Origin: Clostridia bacterium
GTDB taxonomy: Bacteria; Bacillota; Clostridia; UBA1381
NCBI GenBank assembly: GCA_900751685.1
Contig: CAADSR010000257.1
Coordinates: 1-60,645, forward strand
Length of the DNA: 60,645 nt
Reading direction: 5' to 3'
Numbering within the stretch: the stretch's first letter is position 1; each line of letters starts with the position of its first letter. Below the pieces are notes generated by a model. The model was not told where the DNA came from and did no database searches. It saw only the letters and a program-made list of their open reading frames with translations. A program made the translations under genes and the position numbers. Below are positions 1 through 10,647 of this stretch, piece after piece.

Positions 1-1292
1 CGGCAGGGCGCACGATTATGACGACAGAGCCTAAATTTGTCCCGAATGAAGCGGTCACCATTTCACTGGGGGATAACGCGTCTCTGCGGGTGCGGATGAT
101 TGATTGTGTCGGCTATATCGTAAACAGCTCCCTGGGATATGTGGAGGACGACGCTCCGCGGATGGTGACGACCCCATGGTTTGACCAGCCGATTTCCTTC
201 CATGAGGCAGCGGAGATCGGGACAAAGAAGGTAATTACAGAGCATTCGACGATCGGTTTAGTCGTGACAACAGACGGAAGCATTACAGAGATTGAGCGCG
301 AGGATTATGTTTCCGCGGAAAACCGCGTTATTGATGAGCTTAAAGCGATCAATAAGCCATTTGTGGTACTGCTTAATTCCATCTCCCCCAATGCCCAGGA
401 GACACAGGCACTGCGGGCAGACCTGGAAGCGCAGCATGGTGTGCCGGTCATTGCCGTGAACTGCGCGGAACTGGATGCAACGGACATCCACCGCATTATT
501 GAAACGGTATTGTTTGAGTTCCCGCTCCGGGAAATCAATATCCATATTCCGGGCTGGGTGCAAAACCTGGCGGAGGATCACTGGCTGCGGCGCCAGATCT
601 ATGGGGCGGTTGCAGAGCAGGTCAAAGATGTCAATAAGATCCGTCATACAAGGACATTGATGGAGCGGATGGATGCGCTGGACTTTGTCAAACGCTCTGA
701 CATTGAAGGGATGGACCTGGGGCAGGGGAATGTGGTCATGGACCTGGCGCTCCCCGAAAAGCTGTTCTATAAGATCCTTGGTGAAATGTCCGGCTTTGAG
801 ATCGATGATGAGGAAAAGCTCATTAATTTAATGAAGGAACTGGCTCACACGAAAGCGGAATATGACAAGGTGTCCTTTGCGCTCCACCAGGTGCGGGAAT
901 GCGGCTATGGTATTGTATCGCCAGGAACAGAGGAGCTGACCTTGGATGAGCCGAAGATCGTAAAACAAGGCGGGCGCTTTGGGGTGAAGCTGAAAGCATC
1001 CGCGCCGTCTATCCATATGATCAAAGCGGATATCGAGACAGAAGTCAGCCCGATCGTAGGGACAGAGAAGCAAAGTGAAGAGCTAGTCCACTATTTATTA
1101 GAAGAGTTTGAAAATGACCCGAAAAAGATCTGGGAGTCCAATATCTTTGGAAAATCCCTTTATGAGCTGGTCAATGAAGGCCTGCATAACAAGCTTTCGA
1201 GGATGCCGGATGAGGCGCGGTTCAAATTGCAGGAGACCCTCCAGCGTATCATCAATGAAGGCAGCGGCGGCCTGATTTGTATTATTCTATAG
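1..1292 (+). CDS. spoIVA: Stage IV sporulation protein A (SpoIVA), 5' end outside window
   Basis: Frame is open to the window edge. The 424+ aa end in ...RIINEGSGGLICIIL and read as the SpoIVA middle/C-terminal region. The Walker A N-terminus lies upstream of the window. Confidence 0.85.
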   Translation, partial: AGRTIMTTEPKFVPNEAVTISLGDNASLRVRMIDCVGYIVNSSLGYVEDDAPRMVTTPWFDQPISFHEAAEIGTKKVITEHSTIGLVVTTDGSITEIEREDYVSAENRVIDELKAINKPFVVLLNSISPNAQETQALRADLEAQHGVPVIAVNCAELDATDIHRIIETVLFEFPLREINIHIPGWVQNLAEDHWLRRQIYGAVAEQVKDVNKIRHTRTLMERMDALDFVKRSDIEGMDLGQGNVVMDLALPEKLFYKILGEMSGFEIDDEEKLINLMKELAHTKAEYDKVSFALHQVRECGYGIVSPGTEELTLDEPKIVKQGGRFGVKLKASAPSIHMIKADIETEVSPIVGTEKQSEELVHYLLEEFENDPKKIWESNIFGKSLYELVNEGLHNKLSRMPDEARFKLQETLQRIINEGSGGLICIIL

Positions 1293-1302
1293 GGCGGAGA
1301 GG

Positions 1303-2016
1303 ATGAGGCAGATGCTCAAACGTTCCGTATGGATCTTCGCGTTGATGGCAGTTTGCCTGCTTTGCAGCTGCAGCCCGGCGGAGAAAACGAAGATTGATGT
1401 GAACACCAAAGAATATGAAACGGATTATTTAAAAGTAACAGCCCAGACCATAGAATTTAAAGGGCTTTCAGATACAGCGTTTGAAACGCAGCTCAATGAC
1501 GAATACCAGACCCAGGTATACCAATGGATCGCGGATTTCGACAGTGAGGCGCAGGCGAACGCAGCCGCACAGCGGATGGGGGAGAAATATGTATTTGAGC
1601 TGACCCAGAATACCCGGTATAATAAAAATAATTTCGTGAGCATGGTCAGCGAAAGCTATTTGTTCACAGGGGGGGCCCACGGAAGCAGCGGATGGGTCAG
1701 TAAAAATATCGATGTGGCCGAAAATAAAGAGGTGACCCTAGCCGACCTCTTTACAGACCCAGAATACCAGACCCAGCTAAACCGCAAGCTGGCCGAGTGC
1801 GTAACAAAAAATCCACAGGAATACCAGGATCTATGGGAGCAGCCGGTCTTAGGGGAGGCGCAGCAAAAGGATTTTTATATTGAGGACGGCAAATTGGTGA
1901 TCTATTACCAGCCCTATGAGTTGTCTTATTATGCAAGAGGGGTCGTGGAATTTCCGATCAAGCTCGAAGAGGTGGAGAGCTATATGAATCCGCTCTACCG
2001 AAAATTAGCAATGTAA
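1303..2016 (+). CDS. DUF3298/DUF4163-type lipoprotein (RsiV/PdaC-like domain)
   Basis: Signal peptide with lipobox (LLCSCS). A GGAHG motif sits in an otherwise typical DUF3298 layout. The start lies 11 nt after the spoIVA stop. Confidence 0.6.
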   Translation: MRQMLKRSVWIFALMAVCLLCSCSPAEKTKIDVNTKEYETDYLKVTAQTIEFKGLSDTAFETQLNDEYQTQVYQWIADFDSEAQANAAAQRMGEKYVFELTQNTRYNKNNFVSMVSESYLFTGGAHGSSGWVSKNIDVAENKEVTLADLFTDPEYQTQLNRKLAECVTKNPQEYQDLWEQPVLGEAQQKDFYIEDGKLVIYYQPYELSYYARGVVEFPIKLEEVESYMNPLYRKLAM

Positions 2017-2026
2017 AGGGCAGGAA

Positions 2027-2060
2027 CTTTAAAAAAATCAGGAGAGTCTTATGGCTCTCT
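2027..2060 (+). terminator. Rho-independent terminator after the lipoprotein gene
   Basis: Stem ATCAGGAGAG/CTCTCTTGAT (one G-T pair) followed by a T-run. Confidence 0.6.
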
Positions 2061-2116
2061 TGATTTTTTAGTTTAATTATAATATACTTATAAAAAAGAA
2101 AAAAAGGAGAGTTCAC

Positions 2117-3613
2117 ATGGCGGCAATAGATTTTGAAATTAAGAAGCTGGTTTCTTATGGGATAGAGAAAGGGCTGATAGGGCCGGCGGACCGGATTTAC
2201 ACGGTGAACCGCATCTTAGAGGTGCTGGGGTTAGAGGAGTACGATGAGCCCCAGGAGGATTGCGGCAGGATTTGTTTGGAAGAAGTGCTTTCGGGGATAT
2301 TGGATTATGCCTGTGAAGCGGGATTAATAGAAGATAGTGTTGTTTACCGGGATTTATTGGATACTAAGGTCATGGGCTGCCTGACGCCGCGTCCCAGTGA
2401 AGTGACCGCACAGTTTGACGAAAAATACCGGCAGGACCCGAAGCAGGCGACAGACTGGTACTACCAGTTCAGCCAGGACACGGATTATATCCGTACATAC
2501 CGGGTAAGCAAAGATCTAAAATGGACATCAGACACAAAATACGGAGAGCTGGATATTACGATCAATTTGTCAAAGCCGGAGAAAGATCCAAAAGCTATTG
2601 CGGCGGCAAAGCTTGCAAAGCAAAGCGGGTATCCGAAGTGCCAGCTCTGTTATGAGAATGAAGGGTATGCCGGCAGGGTCAATCATCCCGCCCGCCAGAA
2701 CCACCGGATCATCCCGGTTACAATAGATCAAAACCGCTGGGGATTCCAATATTCCCCTTATGTTTATTATAACGAGCACTGCATTGTGTTTAACGGCAGC
2801 CATACCCCGATGCAGATCGACCGCAAAACATTCGTGAAGCTGTTTGACTTTGTAAAGCTGTTCCCTCATTATTTTATCGGTTCTAATGCAGACCTGCCGA
2901 TCGTAGGTGGGTCGATCCTTTCCCATGACCATTTTCAGGGCGGGTGTTATTCGTTTGCCATGGAAAAAGCGCCCATAGAACGGGAATTTTCGGTCAAAGG
3001 CTTTGAGGACGTGAAGGCTGGTATTGTCTGCTGGCCTATGTCTGTTATCCGTTTGTCCGGCGGGGATACCGGCCGCTTGATTGAGCTGGGAGACCATATT
3101 TTAAAGGCATGGCGTTCCTATACAGACGAAACGGCCTTTGTCTTTGCACAAAGCGGTGGGGAACCCCATAATACGATTACTCCGATCGCACGGTTCCGTG
3201 ATGGGAAATTTGAGCTGGACCTTGTGCTTCGTAATAATATTACAACAGAGCAGTATCCTATGGGCGTGTTCCATCCGCATCAGGAACTCCATCATATCAA
3301 AAAGGAGAATATCGGCCTGATTGAAGTGATGGGACTGGCTGTTTTGCCGGCGCGGTTGAAGCAGGAGCTGGCATTGTTGGAGGATAAGATTATCCGGGGA
3401 GAAGACCTGCGGGCAGATGAAGCCTGTGAGAAGCATGCGGATTGGGTAGAAGGCTTTTTACCCCAATATGATACCATTACAAAAGAAAATATAACCCAGA
3501 TCCTGCAAAAAGAAGTGGGCCTTGTGTTTGAACAGGTATTGGAGCATGCGGGCGTGTTTAAGCGGGACACGGCAGGACAGGAAGCCTTTGACCGTTTTAC
3601 GGCATCATTGTAA
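2117..3613 (+). CDS. galT: Galactose-1-phosphate uridylyltransferase (type 2, about 500 aa)
   Basis: 498 aa with the SHDHFQGG histidine motif. Length and sequence are typical of Firmicute GalT. SD AAGGAGAG lies upstream. Confidence 0.9.
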   Translation: MAAIDFEIKKLVSYGIEKGLIGPADRIYTVNRILEVLGLEEYDEPQEDCGRICLEEVLSGILDYACEAGLIEDSVVYRDLLDTKVMGCLTPRPSEVTAQFDEKYRQDPKQATDWYYQFSQDTDYIRTYRVSKDLKWTSDTKYGELDITINLSKPEKDPKAIAAAKLAKQSGYPKCQLCYENEGYAGRVNHPARQNHRIIPVTIDQNRWGFQYSPYVYYNEHCIVFNGSHTPMQIDRKTFVKLFDFVKLFPHYFIGSNADLPIVGGSILSHDHFQGGCYSFAMEKAPIEREFSVKGFEDVKAGIVCWPMSVIRLSGGDTGRLIELGDHILKAWRSYTDETAFVFAQSGGEPHNTITPIARFRDGKFELDLVLRNNITTEQYPMGVFHPHQELHHIKKENIGLIEVMGLAVLPARLKQELALLEDKIIRGEDLRADEACEKHADWVEGFLPQYDTITKENITQILQKEVGLVFEQVLEHAGVFKRDTAGQEAFDRFTASL

Positions 3614-3626
3614 AGAGGGGGATGGC

Positions 3627-4601
3627 ATGGAAGAACTGATTTCGGTTGTTGTGCCGGTTTATGGGACACAGCAATATCTGCCTTGCTGCGTAGATAGTAT
3701 TCTGTGCCAGACGTATTCTAATATAGAAGTGTTATTGATCGATGACGGTTCAACGGACGGTAGTGGGGAGCTTTGCGATGCTTATGCACGCAAAGACCCC
3801 CGGGTGCGTTCCGTACACCAGCAGAATGGGGGGCTTTCCGCAGCGCGCAATACCGGGATCCGGCTGGCTGAAGGGGCTTATATTGCATTTGTAGATTCCG
3901 ACGATATTATAGCGCCGGATTTTTTAAAGGTGTTGTACGATGCGGCAAATATGTACGGCTGTGAGATCAGCCAGTGCGCTTTTGTGCGCTTTAGGGATCA
4001 GATTCCCGAAACCTCTTATGAAGAACAAATCGTTTGCTATTCCGGCAGGGAAATGTGCGCCAATTTATATAATTCGCTTTATGTCCCGGCTGTCGTGGCA
4101 TGGAATAAGCTATACCGGAGAGAATTGTTCCAGGAGATCCTCTTCCCGGTGGGGATGCTCCATGAAGATGAAGGGACTACCTACCGGCTGTTTTACAAAG
4201 CAAATAAAGTGGTGCTCACGAATGCGCCGCTTTATTATTACCGCAGGAATGCCGGGGGGATCACGGGGAGCGGCTATCGTTTGAAACGGATGGACGCGGT
4301 ACAGCTTTGCAGGGAACGGATGGAGTTTTTTAAAGCGCATAAGGAGAAGGAGCTTTATATAAAATCGATGCTGCGGTATTGGGCGACCCTGACCCAGCAT
4401 TGGGCCCTTTGTAAGAAATATCTCCCCGGGGAAAAGCAAGCGTTAAAGGGGCTGTACAGGCAGATGTGGCAGGTTTATCCCCGGCTTTTTTTGTATGCCC
4501 CGCTCCGGAGAAAATTACGTTATGCTGGAGGGCTTTTATATCCCAAACACTATTTAAACTCTCTGGAGCAGGAAGCGGAAGGGGGATCTTATGAACCATA
4601 A
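3627..4601 (+). CDS. Family 2 glycosyltransferase
   Basis: N-terminus ISVVVPVYGTQQYLPCCVDSILCQTYSNIEVLLIDDGSTDGS matches the GT2 signature. The start is set at the ATG at 3627 behind the SD AGAGGGGGA, not at the track start 3522, which overlaps galT. Confidence 0.85.
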   Translation: MEELISVVVPVYGTQQYLPCCVDSILCQTYSNIEVLLIDDGSTDGSGELCDAYARKDPRVRSVHQQNGGLSAARNTGIRLAEGAYIAFVDSDDIIAPDFLKVLYDAANMYGCEISQCAFVRFRDQIPETSYEEQIVCYSGREMCANLYNSLYVPAVVAWNKLYRRELFQEILFPVGMLHEDEGTTYRLFYKANKVVLTNAPLYYYRRNAGGITGSGYRLKRMDAVQLCRERMEFFKAHKEKELYIKSMLRYWATLTQHWALCKKYLPGEKQALKGLYRQMWQVYPRLFLYAPLRRKLRYAGGLLYPKHYLNSLEQEAEGGSYEP

Positions 4602-6114
4602 ACGCCTGGCGGTCAATATTGTGGCTACCTTTGTCTCATTTGCAGTCAGCTTTGGCATCAGCTTTTTCCTGTCGCCTTATATTATTGAGCATGTGGGGAC
4701 GGCCGCCTATGGCTTTGTGTATCTGGCAAATAATTTTGTCAGCTATGCGTCCCTGCTTACCATTGCGCTCAATTCTATGTCTAGCAGGTTTATAACGATT
4801 GCGGTTCACCGCAAGGATATGGCGGGTGCAAATGCTTACTTTAATTCCGTGCTGATCTCCAATTGCTGCATGACCGCTGCCCTCATCCTGCCTGCTATAT
4901 TTGGCGTTCTTTTTTTGGAACACCTGATTCAAATCCCGGCAGAACTGATGCTGGACGTCAAGATATTATTTGCGGTTATTTTCTTTAATTTTATGGTCAC
5001 TTTGATCAGCACAACATTCAGTGTGGCGACATTTGCTAAAAACCGCCTGGATCTGGAATCCAAACGCAGTATTGAAGCAAACCTTTTACGGCTGGCAGTT
5101 ATTTTGATCCTGTTCCTTTTATTTGAGCCTCATGTGGCTTATGTAGGGATTGCAAGTATGGCTATGGCCTTGTATATCTTATTTACGAATATCCGGCTTA
5201 AAAGGAGGCTGCTGCCGGAGCTTCAGTTCGAGCCGGCGGCGTTTGACTGGCGCAAAGTAAGGGAGATCGCTGTTTCAGGGATTTGGAACACGGTCACGAG
5301 GATGGGCCAGCTTTTGCTGGAGGGCCTGGATCTGCTGATCACCAACCTTTTTATCAGCCCGTTTATGATGGGGGTGCTGGCGGCGGCGAAAACAGTACCC
5401 AATTTGGTAACGAATCTTGTTGGCACGATGGTGGGGGTATTCGTACCGAATTTTACGATGGAATATGCGAAAGGGGATATCAAGTCCCTGCTTGCCTCGG
5501 TAAAGCAATCCATGAAAATCATGGGTATCCTGGTGAATCTCCCGATTGCGGGGCTGATCGTATTTGGAGACCGTTTTTATCAGTTGTGGATGCCCGGACA
5601 GGATGCCCGGCAGCTGCAGATCTTATCGGTATTATCTATTGCCGGATTTATCATCAGCGGCGGGATCAATTGCATTTTTAACATTTTTACGGTGACAAAT
5701 AAATTGAAGCTAAATTCGATCCTACTGATTATTATTGGCGCATTGAATGCAATGATTGTAGTCGTGCTATTAAAGACCACGTCTCTTGGCGTCTATGCGG
5801 TGGCAGGTGTCAGTACCGTGATCAATACCCTTAAAAACCTGATTTTTGTTGTGCCTTATGGAGCAAGGTGCCTGGGGCTCAAATGGTATACCTTCTATGG
5901 GGAAGTAGGAAAATCTGTCGTTTCTACCCTGATCCTATGTGCAATCGGTTTTGTGGTGCGGCTAGCGCTGCCTTCCGGGACTTGGCTGATGCTGCTTGTG
6001 TCCGGGGGAACCATGGCTGTTTTGGGCCTGTGCGCAAACTTGTTTTTAATGCTGCGCCGGGAAGAGAGGAAAAGCTTGCTTCAAATAATAAGGAGAAAAA
6101 AGGGGGAAGAATAG
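4591..6114 (+). CDS. Polysaccharide flippase (MOP/Wzx-like, multi-TM)
   Basis: 507 aa that are hydrophobic throughout, with about 12-14 predicted TM segments. It overlaps the GT2 stop and sits between glycan genes. Confidence 0.7.
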   Translation: MNHKRLAVNIVATFVSFAVSFGISFFLSPYIIEHVGTAAYGFVYLANNFVSYASLLTIALNSMSSRFITIAVHRKDMAGANAYFNSVLISNCCMTAALILPAIFGVLFLEHLIQIPAELMLDVKILFAVIFFNFMVTLISTTFSVATFAKNRLDLESKRSIEANLLRLAVILILFLLFEPHVAYVGIASMAMALYILFTNIRLKRRLLPELQFEPAAFDWRKVREIAVSGIWNTVTRMGQLLLEGLDLLITNLFISPFMMGVLAAAKTVPNLVTNLVGTMVGVFVPNFTMEYAKGDIKSLLASVKQSMKIMGILVNLPIAGLIVFGDRFYQLWMPGQDARQLQILSVLSIAGFIISGGINCIFNIFTVTNKLKLNSILLIIIGALNAMIVVVLLKTTSLGVYAVAGVSTVINTLKNLIFVVPYGARCLGLKWYTFYGEVGKSVVSTLILCAIGFVVRLALPSGTWLMLLVSGGTMAVLGLCANLFLMLRREERKSLLQIIRRKKGEE

Positions 6115-7128
6115 ATGATTTTGGATTTTCTCAAAAAACAGAAACGGCGGATGATTTTTCTGCGTCAATATAATAGTAGGAAGCCGGGACGGATTCTTTC
6201 TTTAATGGAACAAACCTATAGCAATTTAGGTGATATGGCGATCGGCGCAGCGCAGAAGCGTTTTTTAGAACAGCATTTTCCTGACAGGGAAGTGTTTATG
6301 TATGACTCCTGTTATGAGCTTTTAAAACCCACGTACCAAAAAACAATCGCTCCTGAGGATATTTTGATTTTATGGGGCGGTGGGAATTTCGGCAGTGAAT
6401 ATCCGGAGCAAGAACAGATGCGCCGGCGTATTATTGAGGACTTTCCGAATAATAGGATTATTTCTTTCCCTCAAACGATTTATTTTGAAAAAACGCCGGA
6501 AGGGCAAAAGGAGCTTGTGCTTTCGCAAAAGGTTTACAGCCAGCATCCTGACCTTTACTTGATAGCCCGGGGAAAAGCTTCTTTTGAAACGATGCAGGAG
6601 GCATTTCCCCATAACCATATCTTATTGACGCCTGACATCGTTCTTTCCTGGCAGGATGAGAAGCCGCAAAAACAGCGCAACGGTATCCTTGTATGCCTGC
6701 GCTCTGACCGGGAGGGGATCTTGTCAGAGGCGCAGAAGCAAAAGCTGGTCAAGCAGTGCAGGCGTTGGGGAGGCGTCTCGATAACCGATATGCATGGGCC
6801 TGCTTATATCACGATGGAGCGGCGGGAGCGGGAAGTAGATCACAAAATGGATGAGTTCCGGCGGGCGAAGGTGGCAGTCACCGACCGGCTGCATGGAATG
6901 ATTTTTGCCGCAGTGACAGGAACGCCTTGTGTCGTGCTTCCCAATTATAATGGAAAGATCCAGTCGACCTACCGCTGGATCGAATCCTTACCCTATATCC
7001 GGCTGGTACAAACGCCGGAGGAAGTAGAGGATGCGATGGAGGGGCTGCTGCTCAGTCCAGCGCATAAGTATGATGTGTCCTTGCTGAAACCATATTACGA
7101 TTCTCTTTTGCAGCTTTTTATAAAATAA
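6115..7128 (+). CDS. Polysaccharide pyruvyl transferase family protein (CsaB-like)
   Basis: Motifs SNLGDMAIG, LWGGGNFG and TDRLHGMIFA are typical of the PS_pyruv_trans family. The start abuts the flippase stop. Confidence 0.7.
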   Translation: MILDFLKKQKRRMIFLRQYNSRKPGRILSLMEQTYSNLGDMAIGAAQKRFLEQHFPDREVFMYDSCYELLKPTYQKTIAPEDILILWGGGNFGSEYPEQEQMRRRIIEDFPNNRIISFPQTIYFEKTPEGQKELVLSQKVYSQHPDLYLIARGKASFETMQEAFPHNHILLTPDIVLSWQDEKPQKQRNGILVCLRSDREGILSEAQKQKLVKQCRRWGGVSITDMHGPAYITMERREREVDHKMDEFRRAKVAVTDRLHGMIFAAVTGTPCVVLPNYNGKIQSTYRWIESLPYIRLVQTPEEVEDAMEGLLLSPAHKYDVSLLKPYYDSLLQLFIK

Positions 7129-7328
7129 GGAGCATTTTATTTGTGGGAAAACCCCGTTAGTATAAAAGGTGTTTCAAGCTTTTTTGTTTAGTATCCTTGC
7201 AGGGCGTGGTAAAACTATGTAGTTTTCCCTCGAAAGCGATATAAAATACGATGTAAAAATAAACAAAATCATCCTTGAAAATTCTGCAAATTTGTATAAA
7301 ATTTAATGAATTTTTTAGCCCGAAAAGC

Positions 7329-7357
7329 TTGCCAAAACTATGAAAATCCTGTATAAT
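7329..7357 (+). promoter_or_regulatory. Sigma-A type promoter far upstream of rpsJ
   Basis: TTGCCA (7329-7334), a 17-nt spacer, then TATAAT (7352-7357). It lies about 325 nt upstream of the rpsJ ATG. Confidence 0.6.
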
Positions 7358-7684
7358 AGTAGCGTTGTGACACTTGACAAACGATGAAGCGGGAGGTTGC
7401 GGATCAGAGAATCCGGTTTTTCCGTGGAGAATGTCCGATTCAAGAAACCGGGCGGCAGGTCACGCTACAATATTTCTTTTTAAAAGGGCGTTTTTTGTAA
7501 GGGCGGCCTTTGCAGAGGGGATTTTGCGGCGAAAATTGACAGGACGATTAGCCCGAATTGCTGGGATCATGCAGTTTGGGTTTTTATTTAAGGGTGGTGC
7601 GAAACACCCGGCAGTGTGTGCAATTTTCTCCGGGCGCTGTCGTGCAGGAAACACAATACAAAGAAAAAACAAGGAGGGAAAAGT

Positions 7685-7999
7685 ATGGCAGCAAATCAAA
7701 AAATCAGAATCAAGCTGAAAGCTTATGACCATGCAATCCTGGATCAATCTGCCGAGAAAATCGTCGAGATTGCCAAGAGAACAGGTGCGAAGGTGTCGGG
7801 CCCGATCCCGCTTCCGACTGACAAAGAGATCATTACGATCTTGAGAGCGGTTCATAAGTACAAAGACTCTAGAGAACAGTTTGAAAGAAGAACTCATAAG
7901 AGACTGATTGATATCGTTGTTCCGGGTGCAAAAACCATGGAAGCGTTAATCAAGATCGACTTGCCGGCTGGCGTTGAAATCGACGTTATTCAAAAATAA
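7685..7999 (+). CDS. rpsJ: 30S ribosomal protein S10
   Basis: [16 protein letters not shown]... The SD AAGGAGGGA lies 5 nt upstream. The track ORF start 7616 is a spurious extension. Confidence 0.97.
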   Translation: MAANQKIRIKLKAYDHAILDQSAEKIVEIAKRTGAKVSGPIPLPTDKEIITILRAVHKYKDSREQFERRTHKRLIDIVVPGAKTMEALIKIDLPAGVEIDVIQK

Positions 8000-8144
8000 A
8001 CAACAGCAGGAAAGTCCGCCGGAACCCGATATAAATAAAACGGGGGCCGGAAACGAACAAAGCAGTAATCCCTTGGGATTATGATGCAGGTGCACGTTCC
8101 TATACGCTTTGTAGGAACCAATAACCGTTGAAGGAGGAGAAACA

Positions 8145-8774
8145 ATGAAAAAAGCGATTTTAGGTACCAAGGTTGGTATGACCCAGATCTTTAATGAAGA
8201 CGGCAAAGTCATCCCGGTAACTGTTGTACAAGCTGGCCCTTGCGTGGTCGTGCAAAAGAAAACAGCGGATAACGATGGCTATGAAGCAGTCCAGGTAGGG
8301 TTTGGTGAAGTGAAGGAAAAATCATTGAACAAACCGCAGAAGGGTCATTTTGCAAAAGCAGACACTGCTAATAAAAAGTATGTCAGAGAATTCCGTTTGG
8401 AAGATTGTGCATCCCTGAATGTAGGGGATGAGATCACAGCTGACGTTTTCGCAGCCGGTGAAAAAGTGGATGTGACCGGTATCAGCAAAGGTAAAGGATT
8501 TGCTGGCCCAATGAAGAGGTGGGGCTTACACAGAGGCCCGATGTCTCATGGTTCTGGTTACCACAGAGGATCTGGTTCAATGGGTGCTTGTTCAAACCCA
8601 GGCCGTGTTATGAAGGGAAAGAAACTTCCTGGACACATGGGTGTTGAAAAAGTTACAGTCCAAAACCTGGAAGTTGTTAAAGTTGACGCTGAAATGAACG
8701 TGATCCTGGTTAAGGGCGCAGTTCCGGGCAACAAGGGTGGACTTGTTACAATTAGAAACAGCGTGAAAGCATAA
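8145..8774 (+). CDS. rplC: 50S ribosomal protein L3
   Basis: [16 protein letters not shown]..., SD GAAGGAGGAG, conserved operon order. Confidence 0.97.
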   Translation: MKKAILGTKVGMTQIFNEDGKVIPVTVVQAGPCVVVQKKTADNDGYEAVQVGFGEVKEKSLNKPQKGHFAKADTANKKYVREFRLEDCASLNVGDEITADVFAAGEKVDVTGISKGKGFAGPMKRWGLHRGPMSHGSGYHRGSGSMGACSNPGRVMKGKKLPGHMGVEKVTVQNLEVVKVDAEMNVILVKGAVPGNKGGLVTIRNSVKA

Positions 8775-8804
8775 TCGAGGTTTTTTGGAAAGGAGGAATA
8801 CACT

Positions 8805-9428
8805 ATGCCTACAGTGGCTTTATATAACATGGATGGTGCAAAAGTCGGCAGCGTTGAGCTGAGCGATACAATCTTTGCACAAGAAGTGAATAAAAAAGTA
8901 ATGCACCAGGTAGTGGTAAACTATTTGGCGAATCAAAGACAAGGCACACAAAACACAAAGACACGTACAGAGGTACGCGGCGGTGGTATCAAGCCTTGGA
9001 GACAAAAAGGTACAGGCCGTGCAAGACAAGGTTCTATCCGTGCTCCGCAATGGAAGGGCGGCGGCGTGGCTCTTGGCCCAAAACCAAGAGACTACCGTTA
9101 CAGCATCAACCGCAAGGTGAAACGTCTGGCGTTAAAGTCAGCGCTTTCTGCAAAAGCAGCAGCGGATGAGATCATTGTTGTAGAAGATTTGAAGATGGAT
9201 GAGATCAAGACTGCGAAAATGGCAGCAATGCTGAAAGCTTTGGGTGTTGATTCAAAAGCATTGATCGTTACGGCAGATGTTGATGCGAATGTCTACAAAT
9301 CAGCAAGGAACATCAAGAATGTTACACCGACTTATGTTGGGACATTAAACACTTATGAAGTTTTGAAACACGATAAATTTATTGTATCCAAAGATGCAAT
9401 CGCAAAAATTGAGGAGGTGCTTGTATAA
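8805..9428 (+). CDS. rplD: 50S ribosomal protein L4
   Basis: Typical L4 sequence ([26 protein letters not shown]). Confidence 0.97.
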   Translation: MPTVALYNMDGAKVGSVELSDTIFAQEVNKKVMHQVVVNYLANQRQGTQNTKTRTEVRGGGIKPWRQKGTGRARQGSIRAPQWKGGGVALGPKPRDYRYSINRKVKRLALKSALSAKAAADEIIVVEDLKMDEIKTAKMAAMLKALGVDSKALIVTADVDANVYKSARNIKNVTPTYVGTLNTYEVLKHDKFIVSKDAIAKIEEVLV

Positions 9429-9730
9429 TGAATTCTTATGATATTCTTAGAAGACCGATCATCTCCGAACGCAGCATGGAGCCATTCTACGACAGAGAAG
9501 GCAATGAAATTAAAAAATATCATTTCGAGGTTCCTGTAACGGCAAACAAGATCGAGATCAAAAAAGCCGTTGAAGAAGCTTTCGGCGTAAAGGTTGCAAG
9601 TGTAAATACGATGCACGTTTTAGGGAAAGTAAAGAGAATGGGCCGCAATGAAGGCCGCCGTGCTTCCTGGAAAAAAGCGATCGTAACATTGACAGCGGAC
9701 AGCAAGAGCATTGAGTTCTTTGAAGTATAA
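9428..9730 (+). CDS. rplW: 50S ribosomal protein L23
   Basis: 100 aa with a typical L23 sequence. The start overlaps the rplD stop. Confidence 0.95.
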   Translation: MNSYDILRRPIISERSMEPFYDREGNEIKKYHFEVPVTANKIEIKKAVEEAFGVKVASVNTMHVLGKVKRMGRNEGRRASWKKAIVTLTADSKSIEFFEV

Positions 9731-9774
9731 AATTGTCCCGATTTGAATTTTAAGAAGAAGGAGTGAACAGGATA

Positions 9775-10608
9775 ATGGCTATAAAAAAATATAATCCTAC
9801 TTCGCCTGCCAGAAGATTTATGACAGTTTCTGATTTCGCTGAAATCACAAAAAGTGAACCGGAACGTTCTTTGCTTACTTCATTAAAGAAGAACTCAGGC
9901 AGAAACTCATACGGTAGAATCACAGTTCGTCATAGAGGCGGCGGCAACAGAAGAAAATATAGAATCATTGATTTTAAGAGAACAAAAGATGGAATGCCTG
10001 CTACAGTCATCGGTATCGAATACGATCCGAACCGTACAGCGAACATTGCATTAATTCAATATGAAGACGGTGAAAAAGCATATATCCTTGCACCGCTTGG
10101 ATTGACAGACGGCGACGTTGTTGTGTCCGGCGAGGGCGCAGATATCAAACCGGGAAATGCTTTGTTTATCCGTGATATCCCAGTTGGTACACTGATCCAT
10201 AACATTGAACTTTACCCGGGCAAGGGCGGGCAATTGGTCCGTAGCGCCGGTAACAGTGCACAGCTGATGGCAAAAGAAGGAAAATACGGACAGGTGAGAC
10301 TTCCATCCGGCGAAGTACGTATGATCCGTTTGGAATGCAAAGCAACCATCGGTGAAGTTGGCAACCAGCAGCATGAGAACATTTCCATCGGTAAAGCCGG
10401 TAGAAAACGCCACATGGGTTGGAGACCGACGGTCCGCGGTGTTGTTATGAACCCGAACGACCATCCGCACGGCGGTGGTGAAGGTAAATCACCGATCGGG
10501 CGTCCGGCACCGGTAACACCTTGGGGCAAACCGGCACTGGGTTATAAGACAAGAAAGAAAAAGAATAAGACAGATAAGTTTATTGTTAAGAGAAGAAACT
10601 CGAAATAA
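9775..10608 (+). CDS. rplB: 50S ribosomal protein L2
   Basis: [14 protein letters not shown]... The ATG at 9775 lies behind the SD GAAGGAG. The track GTG at 9763 overlaps the SD. Confidence 0.97.
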   Translation: MAIKKYNPTSPARRFMTVSDFAEITKSEPERSLLTSLKKNSGRNSYGRITVRHRGGGNRRKYRIIDFKRTKDGMPATVIGIEYDPNRTANIALIQYEDGEKAYILAPLGLTDGDVVVSGEGADIKPGNALFIRDIPVGTLIHNIELYPGKGGQLVRSAGNSAQLMAKEGKYGQVRLPSGEVRMIRLECKATIGEVGNQQHENISIGKAGRKRHMGWRPTVRGVVMNPNDHPHGGGEGKSPIGRPAPVTPWGKPALGYKTRKKKNKTDKFIVKRRNSK

Positions 10609-10647
10609 TAGTTTTATTAGATTGGTTTCGAAAGGAGGAACAGTTAC

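Noticed and set aside
3522-3626. N-terminal extension of the GT2 ORF as given in the ORF track
   Set aside because: It overlaps the 3' end of galT and has no SD. The ATG at 3627 has a good SD and begins the conserved GT2 N-terminus.
5283-5681. 132-aa alternative-frame ORF within the flippase gene
   Set aside because: It is a Gly/Pro/Arg-rich shifted frame of a membrane-protein gene, with no SD.
7374-7718. 114-aa ORF in the rpsJ leader
   Set aside because: It has a TTG start without an SD and an Arg/Ala/Gly-rich composition with no recognisable motif. It runs through the rpsJ SD and start codon, so it is most likely non-coding.
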